DNA of 32,000 bases from Candidatus Saccharimonadota bacterium (GTDB taxonomy: Bacteria > Bacillota_I > Bacilli_A > Mycoplasmatales > Hepatoplasmataceae): assembly GCA_027925325.1 (NCBI GenBank), contig AP027133.1, forward strand, positions 270,001 through 302,000, in the 5' to 3' direction. Positions 14,088-25,200 of this stretch are shown in pieces. The notes beneath the pieces are model-generated. The model ran no database searches. It saw only the letters and a list, made by a program, of their open reading frames with translations, and had not been told where the DNA came from. The first letter of the stretch is position 1. Each line of letters opens with the position of its first letter. Both the position numbers and the translations under genes were made by a program.

Positions 14088-14269
14088 TTACTGTTTAAAA
14101 TATTCCTCTTTAGTTTAATTTTATTAATAAATATTTTTTGAAATTAATTTTTTTAAATTTAGATATACAAATAATGATTGTAATTTTTTTTATTTCATAA
14201 AAATTAAGAAAAATTATAATTTTATGATAATTTATTAATTTTAGAGATAAATTTAAATTAAAAAATAAG

Positions 14270-14275
14270 TATAAT
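14270..14275 (+). promoter_or_regulatory. Candidate -10 box (TATAAT) for the glpFKO operon
   Basis: Consensus hexamer 28 nt upstream of the glpF ATG, with AAAGGAG (14286..14292) between them as the SD. Confidence 0.3.
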
Positions 14276-14302
14276 ATGTTTTGAAAAAGGAGTGATTAAA
14301 AA

Positions 14303-15028
14303 ATGGATTTAAGTTTAGGAGGAATATTCCTTTCAGAAATGATCGGGACTTTTCTTTTAATTTTGATAGGATGTGGTGTTAACGCTAGTGTTAATCTTAA
14401 AAAAACACATTCATATAATTCTGGATGAATTGTAATATCTTTCGGTTGAGGAATGGGGGTTATGATCGGCGCAGCCGCTGCCTATTATTCAGGTGGACAT
14501 CTAAACCCTGCTGTTACTTTAGCGATGTGAACTGCGGATTTCATTAATACAAAAGAAGCAATGATTTATTTCTGTGGAGAAATTGTCGGAGCATTTTTAG
14601 GAGCTTTAACAGTTGCCTTTTTGTTTTGAAATCATTTTAAAGAAACAAAAGATCCAAAAGCAATTGCAGGAACATTTCATACTTCTCCAGCAATTAAAAA
14701 ATGATATAGAAATTTTGGAGCAGAATTTTTTGCAACATCTGTTTTAGTATTGCCATTATTGACAATTACTGAAGTAGATATTTCATGAATTTATGGACCA
14801 TTGTTTGCCGGATTAATAGTTTTGGGAATCGGTCTTGCATTGGGTGGACTTACTGGATATGCAATAAATCCAGCAAGAGATTTAATGCCAAGATTAGTTC
14901 ATCAAATGATGAGAATACCTAACAAAGGGACAAGCGATTGAGGATATGTATGAGTGCCTATTTTAGGTCCTTTATTTGGTTCAATGCTTGCAACAGGTGT
15001 TTTTGAATTAATGATTTATGCATATTAG
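14303..15028 (+). CDS. glpF: Glycerol uptake facilitator (MIP/aquaglyceroporin), 241 aa
   Basis: [26 protein letters not shown]..., first NPA box [14 protein letters not shown], second box INPARDL. Several TGA Trp codons explain why it is missing from the ORF track. TAG stop at 15026. Confidence 0.9.
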
Positions 15029-15178
15029 GGTATTTATAAATTTTTAATTTTAAATTTAATAACATATTTTTACGAGATTTTTTATTTTTAATTTTTTTAT
15101 AAAAGTTTTATAAAATTTAAAAATAAAATATTTTCGTTTAAAAAATTAGAAAAAAATAAGATAGGAAATTATTCATTA

Positions 15179-16669
15179 ATGGAAAAAAAATATATTTTAG
15201 CACTAGATTCAGGAACAACTTCAACTCGAGCTGTAATTCTTGATCAAAAAGCAAAAGTTATCGCAATTGGTCAAAATGAATTTACACAATACTTTCCAAA
15301 ACCAGGATGAGTAGAACATGATGCAAATGAGATTTATGCAAATCAAATTGCAGTTGTGATTCAGGCGATTCAAAAGGCCCATTTAAACACAAATCATATT
15401 AGCGGAATTGGAATTACAAATCAAAGAGAAACGGTTGTAATATGAGATAAAAAAACAGGAATGCCTGTTCATAATGCGATTGTTTGACAAGATAAAAGAA
15501 CATCAGATTATTGTGAAAAATTACAAAAAGATCCCAAAATAGTTAAAATGATCAAAGATAAAACAGGACTTGTGTTAGATCCTTATTTTTCTGGTACAAA
15601 AATAAAATGATTATTAGATAACATAAAAGGTTTAAGAGAAAAAGCAAATAAAGGTGAAGTATTAGCAGGAACAATCGATACTTGACTTACCTGAAAATTA
15701 ACAAATGGGAAATCATTTTATACAGATTATACAAATGCCTCAAGAACTTTACTTTTTAATATCGTTAATTTAAAATGAGATCAAGAATTATTAAAATTAT
15801 TTGATATTCCAGAAATTATTTTACCGGAAGTTAAAAACTCTTCTGATGATTTTGGTAAAACAGAAATCGATGCGATAAAAGGAATTCCAATTTATTCTTT
15901 AATTGGAGATCAACAATCTTCTCTTTTTGGTCATCGTAGTAAGATCGGTGAATTAAAAGGAACTTATGGGACTGGAGCCTTTTTGATGCTTAATATCGGT
16001 GATAAAATTATCCATTCAAAAAATGGATTACTTACAACGATTGCATTAGGATTAAATGGAAAAGTTACTTATGCTCTTGAAGGGTCAATTTATATCGCTG
16101 GTAATGCTTTAAAATGAATCAAAGATGAATTACATTTAATTCAAGAATATGGACAGATTGATTATTATTTAAAAGATGATTATGATTCAAAAGGAGTCAC
16201 TGTCGTTCCTTATTTTGTCGGTGTTGGTTCACCATATTGAAATACAAGAGCACGAGGAATGATTACAGGAATTACAAGAGGAGTAAATCGTGGTGATATC
16301 ATAAGAGCAACAGCTGCTTCGATTGCTTTTCAAACTTATGATATTTACAAAGCTTTTCAAGAAGATTATCAGAAAAAAATAATCAAAATGTCAATCGATG
16401 GTGGAGTTTCAAAAACAGAAAAGCTAATGCAATTACAGACAGATATTTTAGATGCAAGACTTTATAATCCTGAATCAACAGAAATTACAGCATTAGGAGC
16501 AGCTTTTTTAGCAGGATTAAAAGTAGGAATCTGAAAAAATCAGCAAGAACTTGATCGTCTACTTAAATTTAAAAAGATTTACAAACCGATGGGAGAACCA
16601 TCTCATCGTTCTGAGATGATTAAAAATTGAAAAGATTCTGTAAAATTAGCACTTGAATGAAATAAATAA
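15179..16669 (+). CDS. glpK: Glycerol kinase, 496 aa
   Basis: [74 protein letters not shown] 15179 is in frame with ORF 16259..16534 (offset 1080). TAA stop at 16667. Confidence 0.95.
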
Positions 16670-16677
16670 GGAAAATT

Positions 16678-17802
16678 ATGGATAAAATAAGAACATATGA
16701 TGTTGTTATTATCGGTGGGGGAGTAATCGGATTAACAATCGCAAAAGAATTTTTAGAAAATGGTGTTAAAAATATCTGTTTACTTGAAAAAAATAGTGAA
16801 GTTATGCTTGAAACTTCATCACATAATAGTGGAGTTATTCATAGCGGGTTCGATGCAACTCCCGGAACCCTTAAAGCGAAATTTAATGTTTTAGGTCGTC
16901 ATATATTTGAAAAGAAGTATTTAAAAGCAGATGCAAAATTTCATTGAGAAAAAGCAGATTCATATATCTTAGCTTTTACAAAAGATGAAATTGAAGAATT
17001 AGATAAACTATATGATCAGGGGATTAAAAATGGTTTAGAAAAAGGTAGTATGAAAATTATTGAGCATGATGAACTTTTAAAGATAAATCCTTATCTTAAT
17101 AAAAGAATCATAAAAGCTTTACAGATTACTACTTCTAAGGTTATCGATGCTCATCAATTTGGTAATTTTATTTTTGCACAAGCAAAAGAATTAGGTTTAA
17201 ATTATCACCTTAATTTTAAAGTAAATGAAATTACAAAAAATAAGAATCATTGAGTAATCAAAAGTGATAATAACCATATCTTAAATGCAAACTTTATCAT
17301 CAATGCAAGTGGAGTAAGAGCAGAGGAAATCGCAAGATTTGTCGAAAAAAATCCTTTATTTAAGATCAAAACAAGAAGAGGTCAATATCTTGTTTTAGAT
17401 CAAAGCGAGAATAAGTTTACACCAACAGGAGTTTTCTTTCTTACTCCATCTAAACATGGAAAAGGGGTAATAGTTGCATCGCTTTTAGATGGAAGAGTTT
17501 TAGTTGGTCCAAATGCAGAAGATAATGTCCCTAAGGACAATATCCATTTGGTAACGGTAGAAGGTTTAAAATATGTTCGCAAGATTGGTAGAAAGATTAA
17601 TTCGAAGATAAATCTTGATCGTGTTGTTTCGGTATTTGCGGGTTCAAGATCGATCAACGAATTAACAAATGACTATTATATTGATAATAGTAAAGAGGTT
17701 GATAATTTCTTTCATGTAGCAGGAATTCAATCACCTGGATTATCAAGCTCACCCGCAATCGCAGAATATGTATTTAAAAGATATAAAGAACTAAAAAAAT
17801 AG
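16678..17802 (+). CDS. glpO: FAD-dependent glycerol-3-phosphate oxidase/dehydrogenase, short Mollicutes type, 374 aa
   Basis: N-terminal dinucleotide fold YDVVIIGGGVIGLTIAKEF. ORFs 16678, 17050 and 17548 are all in one frame (offsets 372 and 870), joined through TGA. C-terminal motif HVAGIQSPGLSSSPAIAEYV. It is the last gene after glpF-glpK. Confidence 0.85.
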
Positions 17803-17813
17803 ATTTAATATAA

Positions 17814-17844
17814 AAAAATATAGGGCATTTAACCCTATATTTTT
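17814..17844. terminator. Bidirectional intrinsic terminator between convergent glpO and cas9
   Basis: Perfect 12-bp stem AAAAATATAGGG (17814..17825) / CCCTATATTTTT (17833..17844) with the 7-nt loop CATTTAA. There are A/T runs on both sides. Confidence 0.75.
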
Positions 17845-17861
17845 ATTTTACAAAAATATAG

Positions 17862-20800
17862 CTATTCTTGTAATTTTCCTAATCTTGTTATGTTAACAAG
17901 TTTTAATTCTTGTGCCTTTGCAACACCAATTCTTGGCCAGTTTCCAATTATTTTTTCATATTTTGAATCTGATTGTTGTTTTAAATTTGCATTTCCTGCT
18001 AATATAACTTTTCCTAATCCACCTAATCCACGATAAACATACACAATTTCACTATCAGGTAATTTAAATTGTGCATTCCGAAATAATACAAGATTTATTT
18101 TTTGTTTATTCTTTGCATATTCGATCATTTTATTTCGATAAATCGGAATTAATTTATTTTTGTCATCATATTGATATCCAATATATTTAGAAATATCTCA
18201 ATAATTTCCTGCTTTATCTTTAATAAATGAAGATTTTAATTGCTTTGTTTTAGGATCTAATGCTTCTTTTTTTCCAGATGGATTTTGTTCCGCAAGAATT
18301 TGCCCCCTAACTCTTTTATCAATTTTGTAAGATACATAAGGATATTGTTCAATTTTTTTATTGTTTAATTTGGCTCATTCACTAGCCTCAATTGTATTTA
18401 AAAATCCCGGTACCTTATTTTTAATTTTTTCTTTTTTTAATTCATTTGTATTAATATTAAGAATTTCTTTTATAGATTCTTCTTCCTTTCATTTTAATTT
18501 AACAGGAATTAAATTATTTATTTTTTGCGGTAAGTTTTCAATAAGTGGGCTTATTAAATTAAAAATAAATTTATCAGCTTTAAAATCTATCTTTTCTAAT
18601 TTTTGGTTATTTTTAATTCTTTGATCAATTTCATTAATAATGTAAGAGAAAATATCATCTATCTTTTCTTTTAAAAGATCTGCTCTTGTAAAGTTAACGA
18701 TATTAAAATTTGTCATTACTTGATCAATTGCCTTTTTTTGCTTAAATAATTCTTCTTTTACATTAAATTTATCAAGTTTATTTTTGTAAAATTGATTTAC
18801 TAAATAATTATAATATCTAATAATTCTTATGCTTAATTGATAAATTTCAATATGTTCCTTTGAAATCATATTTGAAAGAATAATTGCATCAACGGCATGA
18901 TGAAAAGGAGAAATATCACGTAGCTTTTTATCATCTCCTCATAAACTACCAATTAAAGAATTAGTTGGATTTAATCACATTCTTCTAAAATAAGATGTGA
19001 TTCCTCCCTGTATCTGTAATATTTTTGGAGTTAAAATATTTTTTTTCTTACTGATTTTGGTAAATTCTAATTTAAAATAATCGCTAATATATTTTGTAAT
19101 ATATCTCGTGTCATTTATATCTCTGGTTTCAAAACCCATCTCAGTTGATCTATTTATTGTATCTAAAAATAGATATGATTGCTTTATTTGATTTTTATCA
19201 AATGATTTTTCTATTTTATTTTTTCAATTACTTATAATCTTTGTTGATAAATTTTGACTTTTAAAGTAATCTAAAGGTGTTTTATTATTTTTTAAAGCAT
19301 TGTTTTTTGTTGATGTTACTATTTTATTATTTTTGCTATCATCATTTACTAAAGAATAAGGAGCTATATGATCTATTTGATAATTATTATTTATATCTAA
19401 TATAAATTCTTTTAAATAAATTTTCTCTTTAAGATTTATATCATAGATATCAATCGCATATTGTTCTTTTTTACCTTGTTGATCTATTTGCTGTTCTTTT
19501 CAAATTAGATATTTATTAATATTTTTATTAGAGGGATCTAAATTGTTTTTTTTAAGTTCGATTGCTGCTTCTTCTCTTCTTTTTTGATTTTTATCTTGAT
19601 TATTTCTAATATTTTTTCTGATCTTTTTTTCTGCATAAAGATCTTTAGCAACTTCTATTATTACATTATCAAAATTATTGTATTTTTTAAAAAGATCACG
19701 GACAACCAATCTAATCTGATTAATTGAACGAAAAACAACAGAATTTTTTTGCATATCTTTATCTCTAATCGGTTCAAATTCCTTTGCATTCAAATTAAGT
19801 TTATTGATTTTTTCCTGATCTTTTTTTGCATTTAATCTGTATTGATATTCAGAAATAAGTTCACCTGTTTCTAATTGATTTTTAAGCGCTGATAAAATAA
19901 ATTCACTAGAAGTTGATAGGGTTTTATTTCCTCTTTTTATTCAATCATTATTATTTTTGATTCATTCATAACCTTTTTTATCATCATTAAAAAAATTATC
20001 AATTTCAATTAATTTATTTTTTAATTTTTGTGGTGTTTTATATTTAAATAAAATTTCAGCAATTTTATTTATTTTGCTTTCTTTGATTGAATTTAAAAAA
20101 TTTAAATTAATGTTTAGATTTTTTAAAATAAATTCCTTATTTTCTTTTTTCTTTGCAAAATTATGTAAAAAAAGTCCACTATTTGCAAAACTAATTCCTT
20201 TTAAAATAGGAGGAAGTTGTAATTTATTTTTTTCAAAAATATCATTAATTATTTTTTTATCAAATTTAAAATTTGTAAAATAATTATTAAAAATTTCTTT
20301 TGTGAGAATTTTTATATTTTCATTATCAATATTTTTTTCTTTTTTTAATTTAGAAAATATTTTTGAAGATTCATTTAATATAAAAGAAATATCATTTTCA
20401 ATTGAAAAACAAGATACTCTTTTTTTATTTGGAAAGAATTGACAATATCCTACATTTTCGATAAAGGGTTTATAGTAAAACTGTTTTGAATCTTTTTTGA
20501 GAGAATTTTTTCAAAATTCTTTTATTTTTTGATCATTTGGTCCTGGACCATCTTCGAAATCACGTTGTCTAAAAATTATCTTTTTAATATCTTCCTCTAA
20601 ATTTTTTAATTTTGAATTATATTCAATTTGCTTATCTATAATAGCATCAACTTCAATTTCATAATCTTTTCTATTAAACAAAATTTGATGATTAGTGTAA
20701 AATTCATTAATTTTATCTTGCAAAGTTTTTACTTTTTGCTTTAAATTTGTATTTTTATCAAATTTCAAATCATATTTTAAAATTAGATTATTAACATTTG

Positions 20801-21473
20801 TTTCTATTATTTTAGTTTTTGATTTATCTTCATAAATGTATTTTTCAAATTTTTTTAAATTTAATTTTTTACTTCGATAGATAAATTTTTCGGGAGAATT
20901 AAAATTAAAAAGATTACTTTCAGTAATTGCTAAAATAGGATACTTATATTTAGCAATTAACTCATCACTTTTTTTAATACTTTCTCTTGCATCGTTGTTT
21001 TTTTCTTCAAGATCAGGAATAATAAATTTATTACTATATCCTCTTCTTTTTGCAATATTTATTAATGCAATTAATAATTCTAAATTTGTTAACTTTTCTG
21101 TTAAGCCTTTTTTTCTTAAGATTAAAGGATCAAATATATTATTTTTTAAATAATTTTTTCCATTTAATTTTATTTTTTCACTATGATTACTATAATCTTT
21201 TGCAGATAAAAAATTATTACTATAAAATAAATTTTTTAAATCTTTTATTCTTGTTTTTTTTCGTGAATTTAATCTTCTTCCAGATCTAAAAATTCTTCTT
21301 TCAGATGACTTTGTATCTAATGATTTGCTATCTTCAGGTGAATCTCAAAGTCTAACTCCAAAATCTAATATATCAATTTTTTTTGTATTTTTATTATATT
21401 CAGAAATTGCTCATCCAAGTGAGGTAACCCCGATATCTAATGCTAAAAATTTTTTATTTTGTTCTTTATTCAT
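17862..21473 (-). CDS. cas9: Cas9 (type II-A effector nuclease), 1203 aa, all catalytic motifs present
   Basis: RuvC-I MNKEQNKKFLALDIGVTSLGWAI (Asp codon 21435..21437). Arg-rich bridge helix ERRIFRSGRRLNSRKKTRIKDL. RuvC-II NVIIEVAKDL (Glu 19653..19655). HNH NYQIDHIAPYSL...NKIVTSTKNN..K.NKTP (His 19368..19370). RuvC-III SPFHHAVDAII. The ORF-track fragments starting at 20768, 19793, 18869 and 18128 are all in frame with 21473 (offsets 705, 1680, 2604, 3345). TAG stop at 17862. Confidence 0.95.
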
Positions 21474-21567
21474 TTTCTTTTCTTTAAATATTCTGTCTTT
21501 TATAACAAAAAAATTATATAAAATAGTCTTATTATTTTATATAAAAATAAAAAATTTATTGTTAAAT

Positions 21568-21732
21568 TTATTTATATTTTAAAGCAAATATTAATATTAA
21601 TTTTATTAAAATTTGTTGTCAATAAAACATAATAATTAAGTCAAAAATCATACTAATGATTTCAAATGTTATGACACTTATGACAGTAATAATATTAAAT
21701 ATTATAGATATTAAATTGAAAACAAAATCCAT
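21568..21732 (-). CDS. 54-aa very hydrophobic small protein (MDFVFNLISIIFNIITVISVITFEIISMIFDLIIMFYWQQILIKLILIFALKYK)
   Basis: Consensus SD AGGAGG (21739..21744) 6 nt upstream of ATG 21732, and a candidate -10 TATAAT on the minus strand at 21787..21792. One TGA Trp. TAA stop at 21568. It is missing from the ORF track because of its size and the TGA. Confidence 0.45.
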
Positions 21733-21829
21733 ATTTTTCCTCCTTTTTTTAAATAAAACAATATATTATTGAATATCTTTTTAAAAATTATACATTTTGT
21801 TAATAATGCTTTTTTTAAAATCATTTTAT

Positions 21830-22171
21830 TTAAAATAATTCTTTTTTATTGTCATCTTGATTTTCTTTATCTTCATTAATTTTTTTTGTATCTTCTATGC
21901 TGTTTATGTCTTTAGAGTAATGATTTAAATTTTTGGTAAGAAGATTAATATTTCAAAATAAAAATACTCAAGAAGTAAACATAGTTAATCAAGTTGCTCC
22001 TAATACTCCTTTTTGAAATGCTGTTAATCCATCTTCGTAATAATAACTATCTTTTATATCATTCATATAAATAATTATAGATATTGATAAAGTAAGCATA
22101 ATAATACTAAATAGTATTCTAAATATATTACTTTTAAATTCTTTGTTCCATTTTCTACTTTTTTCCATCAT
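21830..22171 (-). CDS. 113-aa small membrane protein with two predicted TM helices and an acidic/Lys-rich tail
   Basis: ORF 21989..22171 continues through three TGA codons to TAA at 21830 (offset 339). Hydrophobic segments are IFRILFSIIMLTLSISIIIYM and GVLGATWLTMFTSWVFLFW. The tail is SIEDTKKINEDKENQDDNKKELF. The SD is weak. Confidence 0.45.
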
Positions 22172-22240
22172 TTAATTTTCTTAATTCTATTTATAATTTT
22201 TAATTTTAATTCAATATTTTTGTAATTTATTTTAATATTC

Positions 22241-25200
22241 TATCTAAACAACTCATGAATACCAACTGACCAAAACAATTCTCAATAGTTCCCATTTTTT
22301 TTAATTGTCCTAAACAACTCATGAATACCAACTGACCAAAACGGATGTATTCAATCAAACAAAGCATGAACAGTCCTAAACAACTCATGAATACCAACTG
22401 ACCAAAACATAATTCTCAAAGATTCTGTTTAAACATTGGTCCTAAACAACTCATGAATACCAACTGACCAAAACGTTGAAGAAGTTCCTATTTGTCTTTC
22501 AAAAGTCCTAAACAACTCATGAATACCAACTGACCAAAACTGATTACAATGGTGGCAAAAATAAAATCATGTCCTAAACAACTCATGAATACCAACTGAC
22601 CAAAACGTTAAAAAAGGTATTGAGAAAAAACATATTGTCCTAAACAACTCATGAATACCAACTGACCAAAACTTACGGAGATTGGCAACGCTATCGCGCA
22701 ATGTCCTAAACAACTCATGAATACCAACTGACCAAAACGGAGATTGAGAAACAGAGCAAATATTAAAAGTCCTAAACAACTCATGAATACCAACTGACCA
22801 AAACAATAAACAAAAATAGCAGTTAAAATAACTGGTCCTAAACAACTCATGAATACCAACTGACCAAAACATTATTTTGATTCATGGATTAACGCAAAAA
22901 GTCCTAAACAACTCATGAATACCAACTGACCAAAACCGAATAAACGAATAAAAAAATTAATCAAACGTCCTAAACAACTCATGAATACCAACTGACCAAA
23001 ACCTTCTGATCTGTTCGCCTCTTTTTAATTTCGTCCTAAACAACTCATGAATACCAACTGACCAAAACTGTGATGGTCTTTATTGGTCAATTTGCCCCGT
23101 CCTAAACAACTCATGAATACCAACTGACCAAAACAAATTATTTTTAGTTAAATTAGTAAAATTAGTCCTAAACAACTCATGAATACCAACTGACCAAAAC
23201 TGCTATTCTAATTCCATCTTTGTGTTCAAAGTCCTAAACAACTCATGAATACCAACTGACCAAAACATACCCATAATCGAGATTATAAATTTCCTCGTCC
23301 TAAACAACTCATGAATACCAACTGACCAAAACTGTATTGCCAAAGACGCCAAACTAATGAATGTCCTAAACAACTCATGAATACCAACTGACCAAAACCT
23401 TGCCCTTTCTCGCCCTTTTTCCTCCTTAGTCCTAAACAACTCATGAATACCAACTGACCAAAACATTTCTCAGTATCATATTCTCAAGTAGGAGGTCCTA
23501 AACAACTCATGAATACCAACTGACCAAAACATCTTTGGCGTTTTTATGATGGTCTCAATTGTCCTAAACAACTCATGAATACCAACTGACCAAAACATCA
23601 ATGTTGATTAAATTCTTTTTTTGTCCGTCCTAAACAACTCATGAATACCAACTGACCAAAACAAAATTGAACAGATCAGAAAGATTAAAGGGGTCCTAAA
23701 CAACTCATGAATACCAACTGACCAAAACAGACGAATTAATTGGCAACGTCGAACAAATGTCCTAAACAACTCATGAATACCAACTGACCAAAACCATTGG
23801 TTGATTGAGGCAAAAAAAACGACGGTCCTAAACAACTCATGAATACCAACTGACCAAAACTCCTATTTCGTCATTATCAAAACTAAAAGTGTCCTAAACA
23901 ACTCATGAATACCAACTGACCAAAACTATAACCTAGAAGGGGATTATTCTTACTATGTCCTAAACAACTCATGAATACCAACTGACCAAAACGAAGGAAG
24001 GAGGAGGATTAGCAGACCTCGAGTCCTAAACAACTCATGAATACCAACTGACCAAAACAATTGGATTAGGAATGTTGTGTTGCTTTCTGTCCTAAACAAC
24101 TCATGAATACCAACTGACCAAAACTTGATCGTAATTTCACTTTTCGTTGTTGTAGTCCTAAACAACTCATGAATACCAACTGACCAAAACACAAATAAAA
24201 ACAATGTGTTATAATGATTAGTCCTAAACAACTCATGAATACCAACTGACCAAAACAATATTGTATATAGAAGCAATATCGTTTTCGTCCTAAACAACTC
24301 ATGAATACCAACTGACCAAAACCAACATCGACGGCGATTATTCTTACGAAATGTCCTAAACAACTCATGAATACCAACTGACCAAAACGTCATTATCAAA
24401 ATTGAATTTATCATTATTGTCCTAAACAACTCATGAATACCAACTGACCAAAACGTCCTCAATCGCTTCGATTAATTCGCTCTCGTCCTAAACAACTCAT
24501 GAATACCAACTGACCAAAACTGTTAATAGATTATCTAATATTTCACTTTTGTCCTAAACAACTCATGAATACCAACTGACCAAAACTACATCAATTGTCT
24601 TAGCAATATATTTTGCGTCCTAAACAACTCATGAATACCAACTGACCAAAACACCATCATTAATTATTTCTTTTGCTTTTTCGTCCTAAACAACTCATGA
24701 ATACCAACTGACCAAAACATGCTCCGTCATATTCTGGTGATTGTTATCGTCCTAAACAACTCATGAATACCAACTGACCAAAACTTATCTATATCGCTTG
24801 TTATCATATGTACAGTCCTAAACAACTCATGAATACCAACTGACCAAAACAAATACAATAATCATAAGAGCAAGAGGGATGTCCTAAACAACTCATGAAT
24901 ACCAACTGACCAAAACCATATTTTTGATTATATAGATTATTTTTATGTCCTAAACAACTCATGAATACCAACTGACCAAAACAATTCTCAATTATCTCCA
25001 ATTTTTTTAATTGTCCTAAACAACTCATGAATACCAACTGACCAAAACAAAAAATGTTAAAATTATTAATAAAAAAAAGTCCTAAACAACTCATGAATAC
25101 CAACTGACCAAAACTAATATCATTTTCTATATTATCAATTAATTGTCCTAAACAACTCATGAATACCAACTGACCAAAACTCCTCCAAAATTGGTGTTTT

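Noticed and set aside
15179-21473. Possibility that cas9, glpK, glpO, cas1 and dnaE are pseudogenes, since each is split into several ORF-track pieces.
   Set aside because: All pieces of each gene are in a single frame and are interrupted only by TGA at Trp positions. No frameshifts or TAA/TAG interruptions were found. This is a code 4 artefact.
22673-23758. Shared 10-mer ATTGGCAACG between spacers S7 and S23, and shared 9-mer TGATGGTCT between S13 (23069..23098) and S20 (23531..23560).
   Set aside because: For S7/S23, the flanking positions show no similarity (0 of 18 flanking matches). The S13/S20 overlap is only 16 nt. Both are compatible with chance.
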